NCBI GenBank assembly: GCA_964016885.1
Contig: OZ024764.1
Location: 17,174,001 to 17,238,000, forward strand
DNA from: Eledone cirrhosa
Taxonomy: Eukaryota
Reading direction: 5' to 3'
Length of the DNA stretch: 64,000 nt
The notes beneath the pieces were generated by a model, which was not told the DNA's origin, did not search any database, and saw nothing but the letters and a program-made list of their open reading frames with translations. The translations under genes were made by a program, and so were the position numbers. Of this stretch, positions 62,680-64,000 are shown in pieces. Numbering within the stretch: position 1 is the stretch's first letter; the number at the start of each line of letters is the position of its first letter.

Positions 62680-62922
62680 GATAGATATATATATATATAC
62701 ATACGTATATGTATATATATATATATATATATACATACGTATATGTATATATATATATATATATACATATGTATATGCTTATATATACACATATATGTGT
62801 GTGTATATGTATATATATATATATATATACATATGTATATGCTTATATATACACATATATGTGTGTGTATATATTTATATATATAAATTTATACATGCAC
62901 ACACATGTATACACATACACAC

Positions 62923-62961
<39 letters not shown>

Positions 62962-62964
62962 AAT

Positions 62965-63295
62965 TAATAAATGGAAACAATATTTATAAAACCATATTTA
63001 TTTTATTATATATATTTCAAGGGCGACCAATGTAAATTATGGTGCGCTTTCATCAGATAAAATACAGATTTGTTTTATAAATAAATATTGACATACCCGG
63101 AAAAAAGACAACCTTAAGGGTTGAAATTCGGTGGATAGTTCTTGAAATATGTGTAATAAAATAAATATGGTTTTATAAATATAGTTTCCATTTATTTAAT
63201 ATATTGTATATTTACTCCACTAACTTGTTGAGTGCTTTATATCAGTTATAAACATTTTTAAGCTTGTTGAATCCCAACAAATTAAATATAACCTC

Positions 63296-63300
<5 letters not shown>
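62965..63300. mobile_element. diverged copy of the inverted Penelope-like pLTR pair; hammerhead motif at 63000-63063 (minus)
   Basis: Collinear with 57855-58240. The minus strand reads attttat-CTGATGA-aagcgcacca/tggtcgccctt-GAAA-tatata-TA-ataaaat. Confidence 0.7.
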
Positions 63301-63350
<50 letters not shown>

Positions 63351-63472
63351 AAGAAAAACAAAAAAAAGCAAAGTCCTACAGAACAAAATCTCTTCTTTCT
63401 GCATTTATTACCAAGGTTTGTGGTATTTAGTTACGTCCCTTTACAAGGTCAACATTGCATATATATATATAT

Positions 63473-63609
<137 letters not shown>

Positions 63610-63766
63610 AAGTGGTGATGTACTCTATGTGAGGTATGTCAAACTGAGGGTCACCCGAAGACCACACGGGTCATATGTGTTGTCCGAGGACCTCACATTA
63701 CAACTAATATTTTTGATTTTATATTACAAAGATCAAACATGCTCGCGCTGTAGAAACCTTTGTATG

Positions 63767-64000
63767 GGCCACTGGTGTGCTTATAAAGGGCTGTATATGG
63801 CCCCCAGGCCACTGGTGTGCTTATAAAGGGCTGTATATGGCCCCCCAGGCCACTGGTGTGCTTATAAAGGGCTGTATATGGCCCCCAGGCCACTGGTGTG
63901 CTTATAAAGGGCTGTATATGGCCCTCAGGCCACTGGTGTGCTTATAAAGGGCTGTATATGGCCCCCAGGCCACTGGTGTGCTTATAAAGGGCTGTATATG
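63767..64000. repeat. 40-bp tandem repeat (about 6 copies, continues off the right edge)
   Basis: Unit ggccactggtgtgcttataaagggctgtatatggccccca. Confidence 0.93.

Overview
Repeat-dense, AT-rich eukaryotic genomic DNA, most likely from an octopod or other coleoid cephalopod. That assignment is inferred from the tRNA-headed CORE-like SINEs, RTE/CR1/Tx1/Penelope-like debris and very long (TA)n/(CA)n/(GATA)n tracts. Almost all ORFs in the supplied track are microsatellite artefacts. By reading splice sites and phases I reconstructed three real genes. (1) The last three exons of a SOUL/heme-binding-protein family gene (+, 2348-8592), which the ORF track largely misses. (2) A complete nine-coding-exon FBXW8 orthologue (-, 27827-16854; 2232 nt, 743 aa). 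(3) A stand-alone alpha-kinase-fold gene (+, 59618-60583) whose catalytic motifs are degenerate and which carries a large Gly/Asn insertion, so it is a probable pseudokinase. The most interesting non-genic signals are: several hammerhead-ribozyme cores (CTGATGA...GAAA) inside palindromic Penelope-like/retrozyme remnants in (TA)n tracts, including a head-to-head double hammerhead at 10106-10285; repeated birth of satellites from the 'WxGHVxRM' segment of RTE LINE ORF2; a SINE sharing its 3' tail with its RTE partner; Tx1-like LINEs confined to (GATA)n; a TTAA-flanked MITE carrying a minisatellite; and 3' regions of two genes built from degenerate copies of their own stop-codon segment.
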